From Alphaproteobacteria bacterium (lineage in GTDB: Bacteria; Pseudomonadota; Alphaproteobacteria; SHVZ01): a DNA stretch of 64,000 nucleotides. Positions 20,164 to 30,118 of this stretch are shown piece after piece (position 1 is the stretch's first letter; each line of letters begins with the position of its first letter). Location: assembly GCA_041906305.1 (NCBI GenBank), contig JAYRJL010000009.1, forward strand, positions 102,927 through 166,926. The letters are read 5' to 3'. The notes under the pieces were generated by a model, which was given only the letters and a program-made list of their open reading frames with translations, made no database searches and was not told where the DNA came from. The translations under genes were made by a program, and so were the position numbers.

Positions 20164-21240
20164 TCATTCGCCCGTGCCGCGCCCGGTGCCGAGATAGAAC
20201 GGGCTCGCGAGGTAGCGGCCGACGGCGAAGCGGGCGAGAACACCGACCGCGGCGGCCACGGGCACCGCCAGCAACAGTCCCAAGAACCCGAACAGCGCCC
20301 CGCCGACCATCAGCGCGAAAATCACCCAGACCGGATGGAGGCCGACCCGGTCGCCGACCAGCGTCGGCGTCAGGAAATAGCCCTCGAGCACCTGGCCGGC
20401 GACGAAGATCCCGGCGACGACGAAGATCGGGTTCCAGGTCGGGAACTGGATCAGCGCGAGGCCGATCGAGAGCAGGCCGCCGCCGAAGGCGCCGAGGAAC
20501 GGAATGAACGAGGCGACGCCGGCGAAGATGCCGACCAGCACGCCGAAGTCGAGGCCGGCGAGGCTGAGCCCGACCGCGTAGAAGATGGCGAGCACCAGAC
20601 AGACCGTCGCCTGGCCGCGCACGAAGCCGTCAAGCGTGCGGTCGATCTCGCGCAGCTGGCCGCGGATGGTCTCGGCCTCGGTGCGCGGCAGCCAGCGGTC
20701 GAGCCGCTCCATCACCACGGGCCAGTCGCGCAGCAGGTAGTATGCGACCAGCGGCGTGATGAAAGTCAGCGAGATGATGTTGACGATCGCGGCGCCGCCG
20801 GTGACCAGCCCGGCGAGCAGCGAGGCGACCCAGCCGAGCACTTCCGAGGCCTGCGAGCTCGCGAGCTTGGAGAGATCGTCGAGGCTCGTCAGTCCGAAGC
20901 GGGTCTGGAGCGTGTCGAGCAGCGGCTCGACGAGCGTGCGGGCCCGCTCGATGTACGACGGCAGGCGCTGCGAGAACGTGACGATCTGGGTCCGGAGGAT
21001 CGGCACCGTCATCAGCAGGAGCCCGACCGCGGCCAGGAAGAACAGCAGGATCGAGATCATCGAGGCGACGGCACGACCGATCCCGATCCGGGTCAGCCGC
21101 CGTACCAGCGGGTCGGCCATGTAGGCGACGAGAAACCCGGCTGCGAAGGGCAGCAGCACATCCTTGAGGAAGTAGAGCAGGAACCCGGCGGCGAGGATCG
21201 CCACCGCCCAGGTCGCCATTCGGATTCTGGGATCGGTCAC
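20164..21240 (-). CDS. AI-2E family transporter (PerM/UPF0118)
   Basis: 358-aa polytopic membrane protein with the typical AI-2E topology and the motif GLHPVWVIFALMVGGALFG. Confidence 0.8.
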   Translation of the reverse strand: MTDPRIRMATWAVAILAAGFLLYFLKDVLLPFAAGFLVAYMADPLVRRLTRIGIGRAVASMISILLFFLAAVGLLLMTVPILRTQIVTFSQRLPSYIERARTLVEPLLDTLQTRFGLTSLDDLSKLASSQASEVLGWVASLLAGLVTGGAAIVNIISLTFITPLVAYYLLRDWPVVMERLDRWLPRTEAETIRGQLREIDRTLDGFVRGQATVCLVLAIFYAVGLSLAGLDFGVLVGIFAGVASFIPFLGAFGGGLLSIGLALIQFPTWNPIFVVAGIFVAGQVLEGYFLTPTLVGDRVGLHPVWVIFALMVGGALFGFLGLLLAVPVAAAVGVLARFAVGRYLASPFYLGTGRGTGE

Positions 21241-21241
21241 G

Positions 21242-21796
21242 TCATCCCCGCACCAGGCCGCGGCCCCAGCCGATCAGGTAAGCCGCCCCGGAAGCGACGG
21301 TGGTGAGCGCGACCACCCAGATCAGCGCCGGCACCACCCCGTCGCCGATGATATGGAGCCCGACATCGGCGAGCACCACGCCGGCGAGCACGATCTGCGC
21401 GACCGTGTTGATCTTGCTGATGAGGATCGGCCCCATCGCCGGCGCCTGGTCGAGGGTGTGCAGCATCAGGACGCCGCCGACGATCAGCACGTCGCGCGAC
21501 ACCACCAGGATCACGAGCCAGAGCGGGATCTGCCCGGCATGTCCGAGCGTGATGTAGACGGAAACGAGAAGCGCCTTGTCGGCGATCGCATCGAGGTAGG
21601 CGCCGAGCTCGGTGCGGGCATTGAGGCCGCGGGCGAGCGAGCCATCCAGTCCATCGGTGATGCTGGCGGCGAAGAACACCCAGAATGCCGTCTCCCAATG
21701 CCCGCTCATGATCAGCCATACGACGACCGGAACGCAGAGGAGACGCGCAAGCGTTATCAGGTTGGGAAGGAAGACCAGCAACGCGGGCGCGCTCAT
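21242..21796 (-). CDS. CDP-alcohol phosphatidyltransferase family protein (PgsA-like)
   Basis: [27 protein letters not shown] matches the D-G-x2-A-R-x8-G-x3-D-x3-D signature. 184 aa with multiple TM segments. This is the C-terminal part of the track ORF 21242..23029. Confidence 0.8.
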   Translation of the reverse strand: MSAPALLVFLPNLITLARLLCVPVVVWLIMSGHWETAFWVFFAASITDGLDGSLARGLNARTELGAYLDAIADKALLVSVYITLGHAGQIPLWLVILVVSRDVLIVGGVLMLHTLDQAPAMGPILISKINTVAQIVLAGVVLADVGLHIIGDGVVPALIWVVALTTVASGAAYLIGWGRGLVRG

Positions 21797-22908
21797 CGCC
21801 GGACCGGGCCGGTGAGCCTCAACGTCGCCTCGCCGATGCCTTCGATCAGCTCGAGGTCGCGCTGGGCGAGCGCCGATTTGAGCTGCCCGGTCTCGCCGAC
21901 ATAGGTCAGCGCGATGCGACCCTCCTGGCGGGTCACCTGCAGCACGTCGGCCTTGCGCACGAGACCGATGCCGCCGAGCCGCCGGCGGATCTCGGTCCAC
22001 TCGGCGAGGCTCGCGATCGGCACCGTGAGGGTCAGCTGGTGCTCGTCGCCGCCGGGACCGATCGCGTTTTCCTCCTTCCAGAGGCGCTCGAGCTCCCGCT
22101 CGACCCAGTCGACCGCCTTGGCGAGCAGGGCCTCGCCGCGGTCGCCGGTCTCGCCGGTGAAGGAATCGACAAGGGTCGAATCCGCTCCCGGCGTATGGCG
22201 CGTCACCGTCAGCGCCACCGTCGGCTTCGAGGTCACGGGATCGAGGCTGACATTGGCGACGGCGACGGCCGTGTTGGCGGCGCCGTAGCGGCGGGCGATG
22301 GCCTCGAGCTTCTCGGGGTCGCCGGCGACCGCGCTCCGGACGTCGAGGTCGGCGATGTCCCGGAGATCGCCAAGCGGTACCGCGATCGGCATCAGCGTGT
22401 CGCGCGGAGGGCGTCGTTCCCAGGCCTCGCGCCACGGGTTGCGGTCCTCGAACAGGACCGTGCTGCCGCCGGCCGAATAGACCGGGATCAGCAGGACCGG
22501 GCGTGCCCTGGTCTCGGTGAAGGCGATACCGGCCTGGGTCAGCACCTCGCGGACGGAGGCTGGATTGAAGCGGACCGTGAGCGAGGCGAGGTAGCGGACC
22601 GCGGAGGCGCGCTCGTTGGCGACGTCGATGGAGCGCACCAGGCGGGTCAGGGTCGCCTCGTCCAGACGGGGGACGCGGGCGGTCGCGTCGCTCGCCAGGC
22701 GCTGCACCAGTCGCTGGAACGCCTGGCGCTGGCCTTCGGCGAGCGCCTTCTCGCGCGCCTGGAGCGCGGTCGCGTCGGTCACGTCGACGGCGACGTCGGT
22801 GACGGTGAAGACGTCGTCCTGGACGCCGCGCGGCGCCTGCGCTCCCGCCGGTGCCGCGAGCACGAGGAGCGCCGCTACGACCAGACGGAAGAGCCCGGCT
22901 CCTGCCAT
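21793..22908 (-). CDS. DUF2066-like periplasmic protein (signal peptide)
   Basis: [25 protein letters not shown] is signal-peptide-like. Its stop overlaps the pgsA-like start in an ATGA quartet. It is divergent from purM. Confidence 0.6.
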   Translation of the reverse strand: MAGAGLFRLVVAALLVLAAPAGAQAPRGVQDDVFTVTDVAVDVTDATALQAREKALAEGQRQAFQRLVQRLASDATARVPRLDEATLTRLVRSIDVANERASAVRYLASLTVRFNPASVREVLTQAGIAFTETRARPVLLIPVYSAGGSTVLFEDRNPWREAWERRPPRDTLMPIAVPLGDLRDIADLDVRSAVAGDPEKLEAIARRYGAANTAVAVANVSLDPVTSKPTVALTVTRHTPGADSTLVDSFTGETGDRGEALLAKAVDWVERELERLWKEENAIGPGGDEHQLTLTVPIASLAEWTEIRRRLGGIGLVRKADVLQVTRQEGRIALTYVGETGQLKSALAQRDLELIEGIGEATLRLTGPVRR

Positions 22909-22974
22909 TGCAAAGCGTCCACGTTCGTCTATGTTTCTGGCGCCCGCTTATACCGTGGCGAGCGCGAGGACACC

Positions 22975-24033
22975 ATAAGCGCCAGGACGTACAAGGATGC
23001 CGGCGTCGACATCGACGCGGGCAATGCATTGGTCGAGGCGATCAAGCCTCTGACCCGAGCCACCCGCCGACCGGGCGCCGACGGCGAGATCGGCGGCTTC
23101 GGCGCTGCCTTCGACCTGAGAGCGGCCGGCTACAGGGATGCCATCCTCGTGGCCTCGACCGACGGCGTCGGCACCAAGGTCAAGATCGCGATCGAGGCGG
23201 AACGCCCGGAGACGCTCGGCATCGACCTGGTCGCGATGTGCGTCAACGACCTGGTCGTCCAGGGTGCGGAACCCCTCTTCTTCCTCGACTATTACGCGAC
23301 CGGGAAGCTCGACGTCGACGTCGCCCGCAAGGTGGTCGCCGGCATCGCCCAGGGCTGCAAGCTCGCCGGATGCGCGCTGATCGGCGGCGAGACGGCCGAG
23401 ATGCCGGGGCTCTATGCCAAAGGCGACTACGATCTCGCAGGTTTCGCCGTCGGCGCGGTCGAGCGCGACCAGATGATCACCGGCGAGACGGTGGCGCCCG
23501 GCGACGTGATCCTCGGCCTCGCCTCCTCCGGCGTCCACTCCAACGGCTATTCGCTGGTCCGCCGCGTCGTCGCCGACAAGGGTCTCGCCTGGGACCAGCC
23601 GGCGCCGTTCGACCAGCAGCGGTCGCTGGGCGAGGCGCTGATGACGCCGACGAAGATCTACGTGAAGTCGACGCTGGCCGCGATCCGCGCCGGTGGCGTC
23701 AAGTCGATGGCGCACATCACCGGCGGCGGCCTGATCGAGAATCCGCCGCGGGTCTATCCGAAAAACGTCGCCGCCGAGATCGACGGGACCAGGTGGCAGA
23801 TGCCGCCGGTGTTCCGCTGGCTGCAGCGCGAGGGCGGCGTCGATGCCGACGACATGCCCCGCACCTTCAACTGCGGCCTCGGCATGCTGGTGATCGTCGA
23901 TCCGGCGAAGGCCAAGGAAGCCAAGGCCGCGCTTGAGGCCGCCGGCGAGACCGTGTTCGAGGTCGGCCGCATGGTCGCCCGCAAGGACGAGCCGGTGACG
24001 ATCGCCAACCTGGAGCGTGCATGGCGCGACTGA
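22975..24033 (+). CDS. purM: Phosphoribosylformylglycinamidine cyclo-ligase (AIR synthetase)
   Basis: [21 protein letters not shown]...[35 protein letters not shown] is canonical PurM. There is no ATG/GTG/TTG in frame between the divergent gene start (22908) and the conserved N-terminus. The only plausible initiator is ATA at 22975 (GAGGA lies 4 nt upstream), or there is a sequence error. Confidence 0.8.
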   Translation: MSARTYKDAGVDIDAGNALVEAIKPLTRATRRPGADGEIGGFGAAFDLRAAGYRDAILVASTDGVGTKVKIAIEAERPETLGIDLVAMCVNDLVVQGAEPLFFLDYYATGKLDVDVARKVVAGIAQGCKLAGCALIGGETAEMPGLYAKGDYDLAGFAVGAVERDQMITGETVAPGDVILGLASSGVHSNGYSLVRRVVADKGLAWDQPAPFDQQRSLGEALMTPTKIYVKSTLAAIRAGGVKSMAHITGGGLIENPPRVYPKNVAAEIDGTRWQMPPVFRWLQREGGVDADDMPRTFNCGLGMLVIVDPAKAKEAKAALEAAGETVFEVGRMVARKDEPVTIANLERAWRD

Positions 24034-24671
24034 GGCTGGGCGTGATGATCTCCGGGCGCGGCAGCAACCTGCAGGCCCTGATCGACGCCTGCCAGGGTCT
24101 CGCCTTTCCGGCCGAGATCGCCTGCGTCGTCTCCAACGTCCGTGGCGTCCACGGCATCGAGCGCGCCCGTGCCGCGGGCATTCCCGCCGTCGTCGTGCCG
24201 CATAAGGGCTATCCTAGTCGCGAGAGCTTCGAGGCGGACCTGACGCGCGTGCTCTACGCGCATGGCGTCGATCTGGTCTGCAACGCCGGCTTCATGCGGA
24301 TCCTGACCCCATCCTTCTTCGAGCACTGGCCGGACCGGGTGATCAACATCCACCCGTCCCTGCTGCCGGCCTTCCCGGGCCTGAAGACGCATGAGCGTGT
24401 CCTTGCCGCAGGCTGCCGCTTCACCGGCTGCACGGTGCATTTCTCCAGGCCCACGGTCGATGCCGGGCCGATCATCGTCCAGGCGGTGGTGCCGGTGCTC
24501 CAGTCGGATACGCCCGACACGCTGGCCGCCCGGGTCCTGGCCGAGGAGCACAAGATCTATCCGCTCGCGGTCCGCTGGCTCGCCGAGGGCCGCGTCCAGC
24601 TCGAGGGCGAGCGCGCCATCGTCGCCGAGCCCGACGCCGTCGAAGCCTCGCTGATCAATCCGGCTGGCTAG
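24021..24671 (+). CDS. purN: Phosphoribosylglycinamide formyltransferase
   Basis: [20 protein letters not shown]...[13 protein letters not shown] are the PurN motifs. It overlaps the purM 3' end by 13 nt. Confidence 0.9.
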   Translation: MARLRLGVMISGRGSNLQALIDACQGLAFPAEIACVVSNVRGVHGIERARAAGIPAVVVPHKGYPSRESFEADLTRVLYAHGVDLVCNAGFMRILTPSFFEHWPDRVINIHPSLLPAFPGLKTHERVLAAGCRFTGCTVHFSRPTVDAGPIIVQAVVPVLQSDTPDTLAARVLAEEHKIYPLAVRWLAEGRVQLEGERAIVAEPDAVEASLINPAG

Positions 24672-24730
24672 AAAATCGGACGGTCCTGCGCTATACGCGA
24701 ACGACCGGTTTCGGGAGGGAGAATTCAGAC

Positions 24731-24853
24731 ATGGCCGTCGACAGCGATCTCAAGCATCACCAGGACACTTGGCACGCGTTCCTCAAGGGCTCGATGTGGC
24801 TCGGCGGGGTCACCGTGGCCGTCCTCGGACTCATGGCGATCTTCGTCGCCTGA
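24731..24853 (+). CDS. Small membrane protein (40 aa), possibly aa3-type cytochrome c oxidase subunit IV-like
   Basis: MAVDSDLKHHQDTWHAFLKGSMWLGGVTVAVLGLMAIFVA. There is a strong RBS (GGGAGGGAG 8 nt upstream) and a single TM helix. It is followed by a GC hairpin. It is absent from the ORF track because it is under 60 aa. The family assignment is from memory. Confidence 0.5.
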   Translation: MAVDSDLKHHQDTWHAFLKGSMWLGGVTVAVLGLMAIFVA

Positions 24854-24860
24854 AGCGAAA

Positions 24861-24888
24861 CCGCCCGCGCCTTCGTCGGCGCGGGCGG
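24861..24888. terminator. Bidirectional terminator-like hairpin between the small ORF and ndk
   Basis: ccgcccgcgcc ttcgtc ggcgcgggcgg is a perfect 11-bp stem. A second small hairpin (gagcctc aga ggctc) follows. Confidence 0.45.
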
Positions 24889-24909
24889 ATCCTTGAGAGC
24901 CTCAGAGGC

Positions 24910-25332
24910 TCAGCCGACGATCTCGGTCTCGGCGAAGAAGTAAGCAATCTCGATCTTGGCGTTCTCGAGCGAGTCCGAGCCGTGCACGGAATTCGCCTCG
25001 ATCGACTCAGCGTACATCTTGCGAATGGTGCCCTCGGCGGCGTTGGCCGGGTTGGTGGCGCCCATGACTTCACGGTTCTTGGCGACCGCGTTCTCGCCTT
25101 CCAGCACCTGGACCACGACGGGGCCCGAGGTCATGAACTTGCAGAGGTCGCCGAAGAACGGCCGCGCCTTGTGGACGGCGTAGAAGCCCTCGGCCTGGGC
25201 CTGGGTCAGGCGGACCCGCTTCTGGGCGACGATGCGGAGCCCCGCGCCTTCCAGCACGGCGTTGACCTTGCCGGTGAGGTTCCGGCGCGTCGCGTCCGGC
25301 TTGATGATCGAAAAGGTGCGCTCGAGCGCCAT
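24910..25332 (-). CDS. ndk: Nucleoside diphosphate kinase
   Basis: [51 protein letters not shown]...[20 protein letters not shown] is canonical NDK (active-site His in NSVHGSD). Confidence 0.95.
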   Translation of the reverse strand: MALERTFSIIKPDATRRNLTGKVNAVLEGAGLRIVAQKRVRLTQAQAEGFYAVHKARPFFGDLCKFMTSGPVVVQVLEGENAVAKNREVMGATNPANAAEGTIRKMYAESIEANSVHGSDSLENAKIEIAYFFAETEIVG

Positions 25333-25426
25333 CGTTGAACTCCTGGTCTACGTCGAATGTCGTTGAGGTGGCAGGCTTATAGCGGCGGTCCTGCCGCATC
25401 GCAACATGCGCCGGGAACGTCGGCCC

Positions 25427-27184
25427 TCAGGCCCCGCCGGCCGGCGAGAGATGTCGCGCCAGCGCCTCGCCGAGAGCGGTCGGACGGACCGGCTTCGCCA
25501 GGTAGTCGTCGAAGCCGGCGGCCATCGCCGACTGCCGGTCCTCCTCGAAGACGTTGCCGGTCAGCGCGATGATCGGCGTCGCGCGGTTCGGACCCGGCTC
25601 GGACCGGATCTGGCGCGTCGCCTCCAGCCCGTCGATGTCCGGCATCTGGATGTCCATGAGGATGGCGTCGAATGGCTGTGCCTTCGCCGCCTCGACGGCG
25701 GAGCGGCCGCCGCCGGCAAGCTCGACCTCGAAGCCGAGACCGCCGACGAGCTGGGCGAGCAGCCGTCGGTTCACGTCGTTGTCCTCCACCAGGAGGATGC
25801 GCGCTCGGCGATCGACCTGCACGGCTGCCGGAGCCGCGGTCGCTTGCGCGGTCGCCGCCGCTTCCGTCGGCGCCAGCCGGGCGGTGAACCAGAACGTGGA
25901 GCCGTGTCCGATCTCGCTCTCGAAGTCGATGCGACCGCCCATGGCCTCGACCAGCTGCTTGCAGATGGCGAGCCCGAGGCCGGCACCGCCGAACCGCCGG
26001 GTGATCGTCTGGTCGGCCTGCGTGAACTTCTCGAACACGTGCGCGCGCAGATGCTCGGCCATCCCGATGCCGGTATCGGCGACCGAGAACCGCACCAGCT
26101 CGGGCTCGGCGGACGGCACGACGGAGACGCGGATGCCGCCCTCCTCGGTGAACTTCACCGCATTGGTGATCAGGTTGAGGAGGACCTGCCGCAGCCGCGT
26201 CGGATCGCCGATGCGCCAGCCGTTCGTCTTGTCGATATCCAGCGATATCGAAAGCCCTTTCGCGGCCGCACGCGGCTCGGCCGTCGCGACGATGCCGCGC
26301 AGCATCTCCGGCAGATCGAACGGAATCCTCTCGAGGACGATCTGGCCGGACTCGAGCTTCGACAGGTCCAGGATGTCGCCCAGCAGTTCCGTCAGCTGGA
26401 GCGACGACGCGAGGGCCTGGTCGACGAACTGCTTCTGCTCGGACGTCAGGGAGGTCGACGCCAGCAGGTCGACGCCACTGATGACCGAGGCGAGAGGCGT
26501 TCGGAGCTCGTGGCTCATGACGGCGAGGAACTCCGATTTTGCCTGGTTCGCGACCTCGGCGCGGCGGCGCGCCTCCCGCGACTCGGCAAACCACCGGAAC
26601 ACCACGAGCGACGAGCTCAGCAGCGTGAGCAGCAGCATGATCGCGAAGGCGCCCACGGCCGCGTAGTCGAGATCGCTGTAGAAAAGAAAGAAAGCCGCGA
26701 CCGGAACGAGGACTGCGATCACGAAGCCGGCCGCCGCCAGGGGCAGCACCGCAAGCGTCGCGGCGCCACCGGCCGCCACGCCGGCGAACATGACGCAGAG
26801 GGTCAGGGTCTCGGCCGGGTCCGCGCCCGGCACGAAGACGAGCGCGCTGCTCCAGAGCAGGCCGCCCAGCGTCGCCCACAGGACGGGCTTCCGCCAGCTC
26901 TCGGCACGCACCGTCGGCGGCAGGGTCCGGCGGCGGAACCTGAGCCATCGCTTGAGCTGGAAGAGCGAGAAGCCGCAAGCCGTTCCCGCCCAGATCACCA
27001 CCAGGAGGCGATTGCCGTCCGGCCACAACACGCCGGCGATGATCAGCGCATTGACGATGCTGACGAACGCGTTGATCGGCGTCGTCTGCGCCAGGACCAC
27101 GAGCTGATCGCGGCGCAACGCTTCGGGATAGAAGGTGTCGAGCCAGTTTCCGGCAAACGACGTCAGCCAACGCCTCACCAGCAA
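25427..27184 (-). CDS. Hybrid sensor histidine kinase/response regulator (membrane-bound)
   Basis: N-terminal TM segments, H-box LAVMSHELRTPL, the HATPase N/G boxes (ITNAVKFT, DTGIGM, GGAGLGLAIC) and a C-terminal receiver domain (ILLVEDNDVNRRL...DAILMDIQMPDIDG). Confidence 0.9.
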   Translation of the reverse strand: MLVRRWLTSFAGNWLDTFYPEALRRDQLVVLAQTTPINAFVSIVNALIIAGVLWPDGNRLLVVIWAGTACGFSLFQLKRWLRFRRRTLPPTVRAESWRKPVLWATLGGLLWSSALVFVPGADPAETLTLCVMFAGVAAGGAATLAVLPLAAAGFVIAVLVPVAAFFLFYSDLDYAAVGAFAIMLLLTLLSSSLVVFRWFAESREARRRAEVANQAKSEFLAVMSHELRTPLASVISGVDLLASTSLTSEQKQFVDQALASSLQLTELLGDILDLSKLESGQIVLERIPFDLPEMLRGIVATAEPRAAAKGLSISLDIDKTNGWRIGDPTRLRQVLLNLITNAVKFTEEGGIRVSVVPSAEPELVRFSVADTGIGMAEHLRAHVFEKFTQADQTITRRFGGAGLGLAICKQLVEAMGGRIDFESEIGHGSTFWFTARLAPTEAAATAQATAAPAAVQVDRRARILLVEDNDVNRRLLAQLVGGLGFEVELAGGGRSAVEAAKAQPFDAILMDIQMPDIDGLEATRQIRSEPGPNRATPIIALTGNVFEEDRQSAMAAGFDDYLAKPVRPTALGEALARHLSPAGGA

Positions 27185-27286
27185 GCCCCCACGCCACGGC
27201 CGGAAGTCGGCGTTCCGCGTCGATGAAGATGCATGTACTTCAACTGCCTCAGCGCTCTCCGCCCCGTCAATATCCGGAAGCGCATG

Positions 27287-28036
27287 TCACGAAGCGTTGA
27301 AGGCCGGCCACAGCGCCCGGAGCGCGCCGACGATCCCGGTGAGCACCAGGAGCCAAAGCACAACCTGACGGAAGCGCTCGGGCGAGGTGCCGCGGAACGC
27401 CCGCTCGCCGAGGAAGACGCCGGCCAGCAGGAACGGGATCAGCAGAAGCGCGGAGAGCGCCGTGTCACGTTCGACGAGTCCGCCGAAGGCAGCGAAGGCG
27501 AGCGCGGCGGCGTCGGTGACGAAGAAGAACGCGATGAGTGTCGCACGACCGACAGACAGAGAGTCCGTGCGCGTGAGGTAGAGGAAGACCAGCGGCGGGC
27601 CCGACAATCCCGCGACCCCGTTCATCACGCCGGCGAGCGCGCCGGTGGCGGCAACGGTCGAGCGCGTGGGCGTTCCGGGCAGACGGAAGCCGATCAGGAA
27701 AAGGCACGCAACCGCCAGGACCGCGATCGAGAGGCCGAGCCTGAGCGCCGTCGGCGACGCGAGCCCGAGCAGCCAGGTGCCGATCGGCGTGGTCAGGATC
27801 GCGGTCGGCAGCAGCAGCTTGAGTCCGCGCCAGTCGATATGGGTCCAGAGGCCGGGAAGCTGGCGGAGTGCAACCGTGACCCCGAAGATCAGCACGATGA
27901 CCACCGCGTCCTGGGGATCGAGCATCAGCGACAGCAGCGGGATGATCATCAGCCCCATGCCGAAGCCGGAATATCCCCGGACGACCGCGCAGACCGACGT
28001 CACCGCGGCGGCGAAGGCTAAGATCCAATAGTCCAT
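27287..28036 (-). CDS. TauE/SafE family sulfite exporter (DUF81 membrane protein)
   Basis: After trimming the Arg-rich N-extension (start MDYWILAF at 28036) it is an all-TM protein. GFGMGLMIIP and GAGLSGPPLVFLY are the two repeats. Confidence 0.75.
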   Translation of the reverse strand: MDYWILAFAAAVTSVCAVVRGYSGFGMGLMIIPLLSLMLDPQDAVVIVLIFGVTVALRQLPGLWTHIDWRGLKLLLPTAILTTPIGTWLLGLASPTALRLGLSIAVLAVACLFLIGFRLPGTPTRSTVAATGALAGVMNGVAGLSGPPLVFLYLTRTDSLSVGRATLIAFFFVTDAAALAFAAFGGLVERDTALSALLLIPFLLAGVFLGERAFRGTSPERFRQVVLWLLVLTGIVGALRALWPAFNAS

Positions 28037-28046
28037 CGACGACGCG

Positions 28047-28496
28047 CTAGGCGCCCTTCTCCCAGCCGCCGGCGTCGGTCTGGCGCCAGTACGTGACTTC
28101 GTGGCCCTGGGCCTTGTAGGCCTTCCAGTGCTCACGGGCGCGCGTCACCTGCGTCTCGTCGCGGCCGTCGAAGATCTCGAAGCAGCGCTCGTAGGAGCCG
28201 AGCTTCGCCGTCTCCTGGCCGTCGATCAGCATCACGAACTCGGCCTTGTTCGGGTTCTCGTCATCCGCCGTCAGCCATACCGGCTGATGCTCGGCGTTGC
28301 CGTCCCTCTCGGTGCCGTGCGGCAGGAAGGAATTCGGATCGAAGGTCCAGAGCTGTGCCGACAGAGCTTCGACCCTCTCGGTCGACCCGGCGAGCACGAC
28401 GGCGCGCTTTCCCAGGGACAGCGCGCGGTCGAGCAGCCTGGCGAGCGCCCAGTCGAGCGATCGGGTGGTCAGGTGATAGAAGCCGACCTCGCTCAC
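28047..28496 (-). CDS. holC: DNA polymerase III subunit chi
   Basis: MSEVGFYHLTTRSLDWALARLLDRALSLGKRAVVLAGSTERVEALSAQLWTFDPNSFLPHG is chi-subunit-like. It is adjacent to pepA, and holC-pepA synteny is conserved. Confidence 0.85.
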   Translation of the reverse strand: MSEVGFYHLTTRSLDWALARLLDRALSLGKRAVVLAGSTERVEALSAQLWTFDPNSFLPHGTERDGNAEHQPVWLTADDENPNKAEFVMLIDGQETAKLGSYERCFEIFDGRDETQVTRAREHWKAYKAQGHEVTYWRQTDAGGWEKGA

Positions 28497-28505
28497 GCGA
28501 CCCGT

Positions 28506-29996
28506 CTACTTCGACTCGTAGTAGCTCTTCACGAGATGGTCGAGCAGGCGCACGCCGTAGGCGGTTGCGCCCTTCGGCGTCGTCGGCTTGTCCTTCGACG
28601 ACCACGCCATGCCGGCGATGTCGAGGTGTGCCCACGGCACGTCGTTGGTGAAGCGCTTCATGAACATCGCCGCCTTGCACGAGCCGCCGTCGCGCGTGCC
28701 GGAGTTCTTCATGTCGGCGATGTCGGAGTCCATGCCGCGGTCGAAGCTTTCGGCGAGCGGCATCCGCCACAGGCCCTCGCCCGTCACCTTGGCCGAGGCC
28801 AGCAGGCGGTCTGAGAGCTCGTCGTCGGTGACGAAGGCGCCGGCGAACTCGTGGCCGAGCGAGATGATGATCGCGCCGGTGAGGGTCGCCAGGTCGATCA
28901 TGAAGCGTGGCTTGAAGCGGTCCTGGCAGTACCAGAGCGCGTCGGCCAGCACGAGCCGGCCCTCGGCGTCGGTGTTGGTGACCTCGATGGTCTGGCCGGA
29001 CATGCTCTTGACCACGTCGCCGGGGCGCTGGGCGTTGCCGTCGGGCATGTTCTCGACCAGGCCGACGATGCCGATCACGTTCGCCTTGGCCTTGCGGCCG
29101 GCGACGGCGCGCATGAGGCCGATCACGGCGGCGGAGCCGCCCATGTCCCACTTCATGTCTTCCATGCCGGCGGCCGGCTTCAGCGAGATGCCGCCGGTAT
29201 CGAAGGTCACGCCCTTGCCGATGAAGGCGAGCGGCTTCTCCTTCGACTTGGGGTCGCCGTTCCACTGCATGACGACGAGCTGGCTTTCCTTGCGGCTGCC
29301 CTGGCCGACGCCGAGAAGCGCGCCCATGCCGAGCTTGGTCATCTCCTTGACGCCGAGGACCTCGACCTTGATGCCGTGCGCGGTGAGCGACTTGCACTGG
29401 TCGGCGAGGGTCTTCGGATAGAGCACGTTGCCCGGCTCGGAGACGAGGTCGCGGGCGAAGAAGACCGCATCGCCGATCTGCTCGAGCTCGGCGTAGACGC
29501 GCTGCGCGGTGCGGCTGGCCTCGACATGGACCGTGACCCGCTGCAGCGTCGGCTTGTCTTCCGGCTTCTCCTTGGTGCGGTACTTGTCGAAGCGGTAGGA
29601 GCGAAGCTTGACGCCGAGCGCGAAATGCGCGGCGACGATGCCGCCCTCCTCGCCGGGAAGATCGATCGCGACCGACGCCTCGCGCACACCGGAATTGCCG
29701 AGCTCGGCGACCAGCGCGCCGCCCATCGCCTCGACGTCGACCGGCTTCATCTCGCCCTTGGGCTTGCCGAGGCCGAGCAGCACGATGCGGTCGGCATCGA
29801 GCCCGGCCGGAGCCAGGATCGAGAGAACCTGGCGGGCCTTGCCGACGAAACGGGTGCCGGCGACGGCGCGGGTGATCGCACCCTTGGCCTTGCGGTCGAG
29901 CTCGGTCGCGCTCGACGTCAGCTTCTTGCCTTCATAGGCGCCGACGACGAGCGTGCCCTTCGCCGGGAGCCCCGGCTTGGAAAACGAGATTTTCAT
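28506..29996 (-). CDS. pepA: Leucyl aminopeptidase (M17)
   Basis: NTDAEGRLVLADAL is the M17 active-site signature. VTFDTGGISLKP and GKGVTFDTGG are also M17 motifs. Confidence 0.95.
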   Translation of the reverse strand: MKISFSKPGLPAKGTLVVGAYEGKKLTSSATELDRKAKGAITRAVAGTRFVGKARQVLSILAPAGLDADRIVLLGLGKPKGEMKPVDVEAMGGALVAELGNSGVREASVAIDLPGEEGGIVAAHFALGVKLRSYRFDKYRTKEKPEDKPTLQRVTVHVEASRTAQRVYAELEQIGDAVFFARDLVSEPGNVLYPKTLADQCKSLTAHGIKVEVLGVKEMTKLGMGALLGVGQGSRKESQLVVMQWNGDPKSKEKPLAFIGKGVTFDTGGISLKPAAGMEDMKWDMGGSAAVIGLMRAVAGRKAKANVIGIVGLVENMPDGNAQRPGDVVKSMSGQTIEVTNTDAEGRLVLADALWYCQDRFKPRFMIDLATLTGAIIISLGHEFAGAFVTDDELSDRLLASAKVTGEGLWRMPLAESFDRGMDSDIADMKNSGTRDGGSCKAAMFMKRFTNDVPWAHLDIAGMAWSSKDKPTTPKGATAYGVRLLDHLVKSYYESK

Positions 29997-30118
29997 TGGA
30001 AGCTCCTCCCGATGCGGGGACTTGAGGCGTGACGGGGCTCGAGGCTGGGCAGGAATCGATGGAGAGCCATTAGCGCCCGCCCGTTTCGGCTGTCAATGGC
30101 GCGGGGTGCCGTGGCACA

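Noticed and set aside
22039-22974. Upstream 312 codons of the 664-aa purM-frame ORF
   Set aside because: Open frame caused by GC bias. It overlaps the divergent DUF2066 gene. The conserved PurM N-terminus begins only at about 22975.
25406-27226. 606-aa plus-strand ORF and the overlapping 606-aa minus-strand ORF 25377..27197
   Set aside because: Alternative frames over the histidine kinase gene. Only frame 25427..27184 carries the H-box, N/G-boxes and receiver motifs.
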